A stretch of 64,000 nt of DNA from Ophelia neglecta. Lineage: Eukaryota. Made by a program: the position numbers and the translations under genes. Of this stretch, positions 63,913-64,000 are shown one piece after another. Within the stretch, counting starts at the first letter, position 1. Each line of letters starts with the position of its first letter. The stretch spans positions 28,086,001-28,150,000 of the forward strand of contig OZ260665.1 of the NCBI GenBank assembly GCA_965285935.1. Reading direction: 5' to 3'. Below the pieces are notes generated by a model. The model had not been told where the DNA came from and did no database searches. It saw only the letters and a list, made by a program, of their open reading frames with translations.

Positions 63913-64000
63913 AACGACTTAATACTACAACATGTAAGACCTTTCTGCCAAGAAAATCCTTGCATGAAACACCTACTAGATGCCATTGTTTGTCACTACC

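Overview
Eukaryotic, non-prokaryotic DNA, most likely a lophotrochozoan and probably a mollusc (inferred from the SINE and the repeat style). I recognise no protein-coding gene, rRNA, intact tRNA or CRISPR array. Nearly all long ORFs in the track are translations of tandem repeats. The window reads as a very large intron or gene desert with four components. (1) About 23 unrelated mini/microsatellite arrays, roughly 18 kb or 28% by hand tally, including a 3.4-kb array with a 147-bp unit whose deletions break at a G-quadruplex tract. (2) A few small mobile elements: a tRNA-derived SINE, a 178-bp TA-flanked TIR MITE family with a filled/empty paralogous site pair, and a foldback element. (3) A GC-rich multi-hairpin element at 14.45-14.75 kb. 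(4) Unique CpG-poor sequence with CpG-retaining patches and many TALE (TGACAG) and Pbx-Hox (TGATNNAT) motifs, suggesting the cis-regulatory landscape of a developmental gene. There are also candidate non-coding exons and a candidate recursive splice site on the + strand. All counts are by eye, and no database search was possible.
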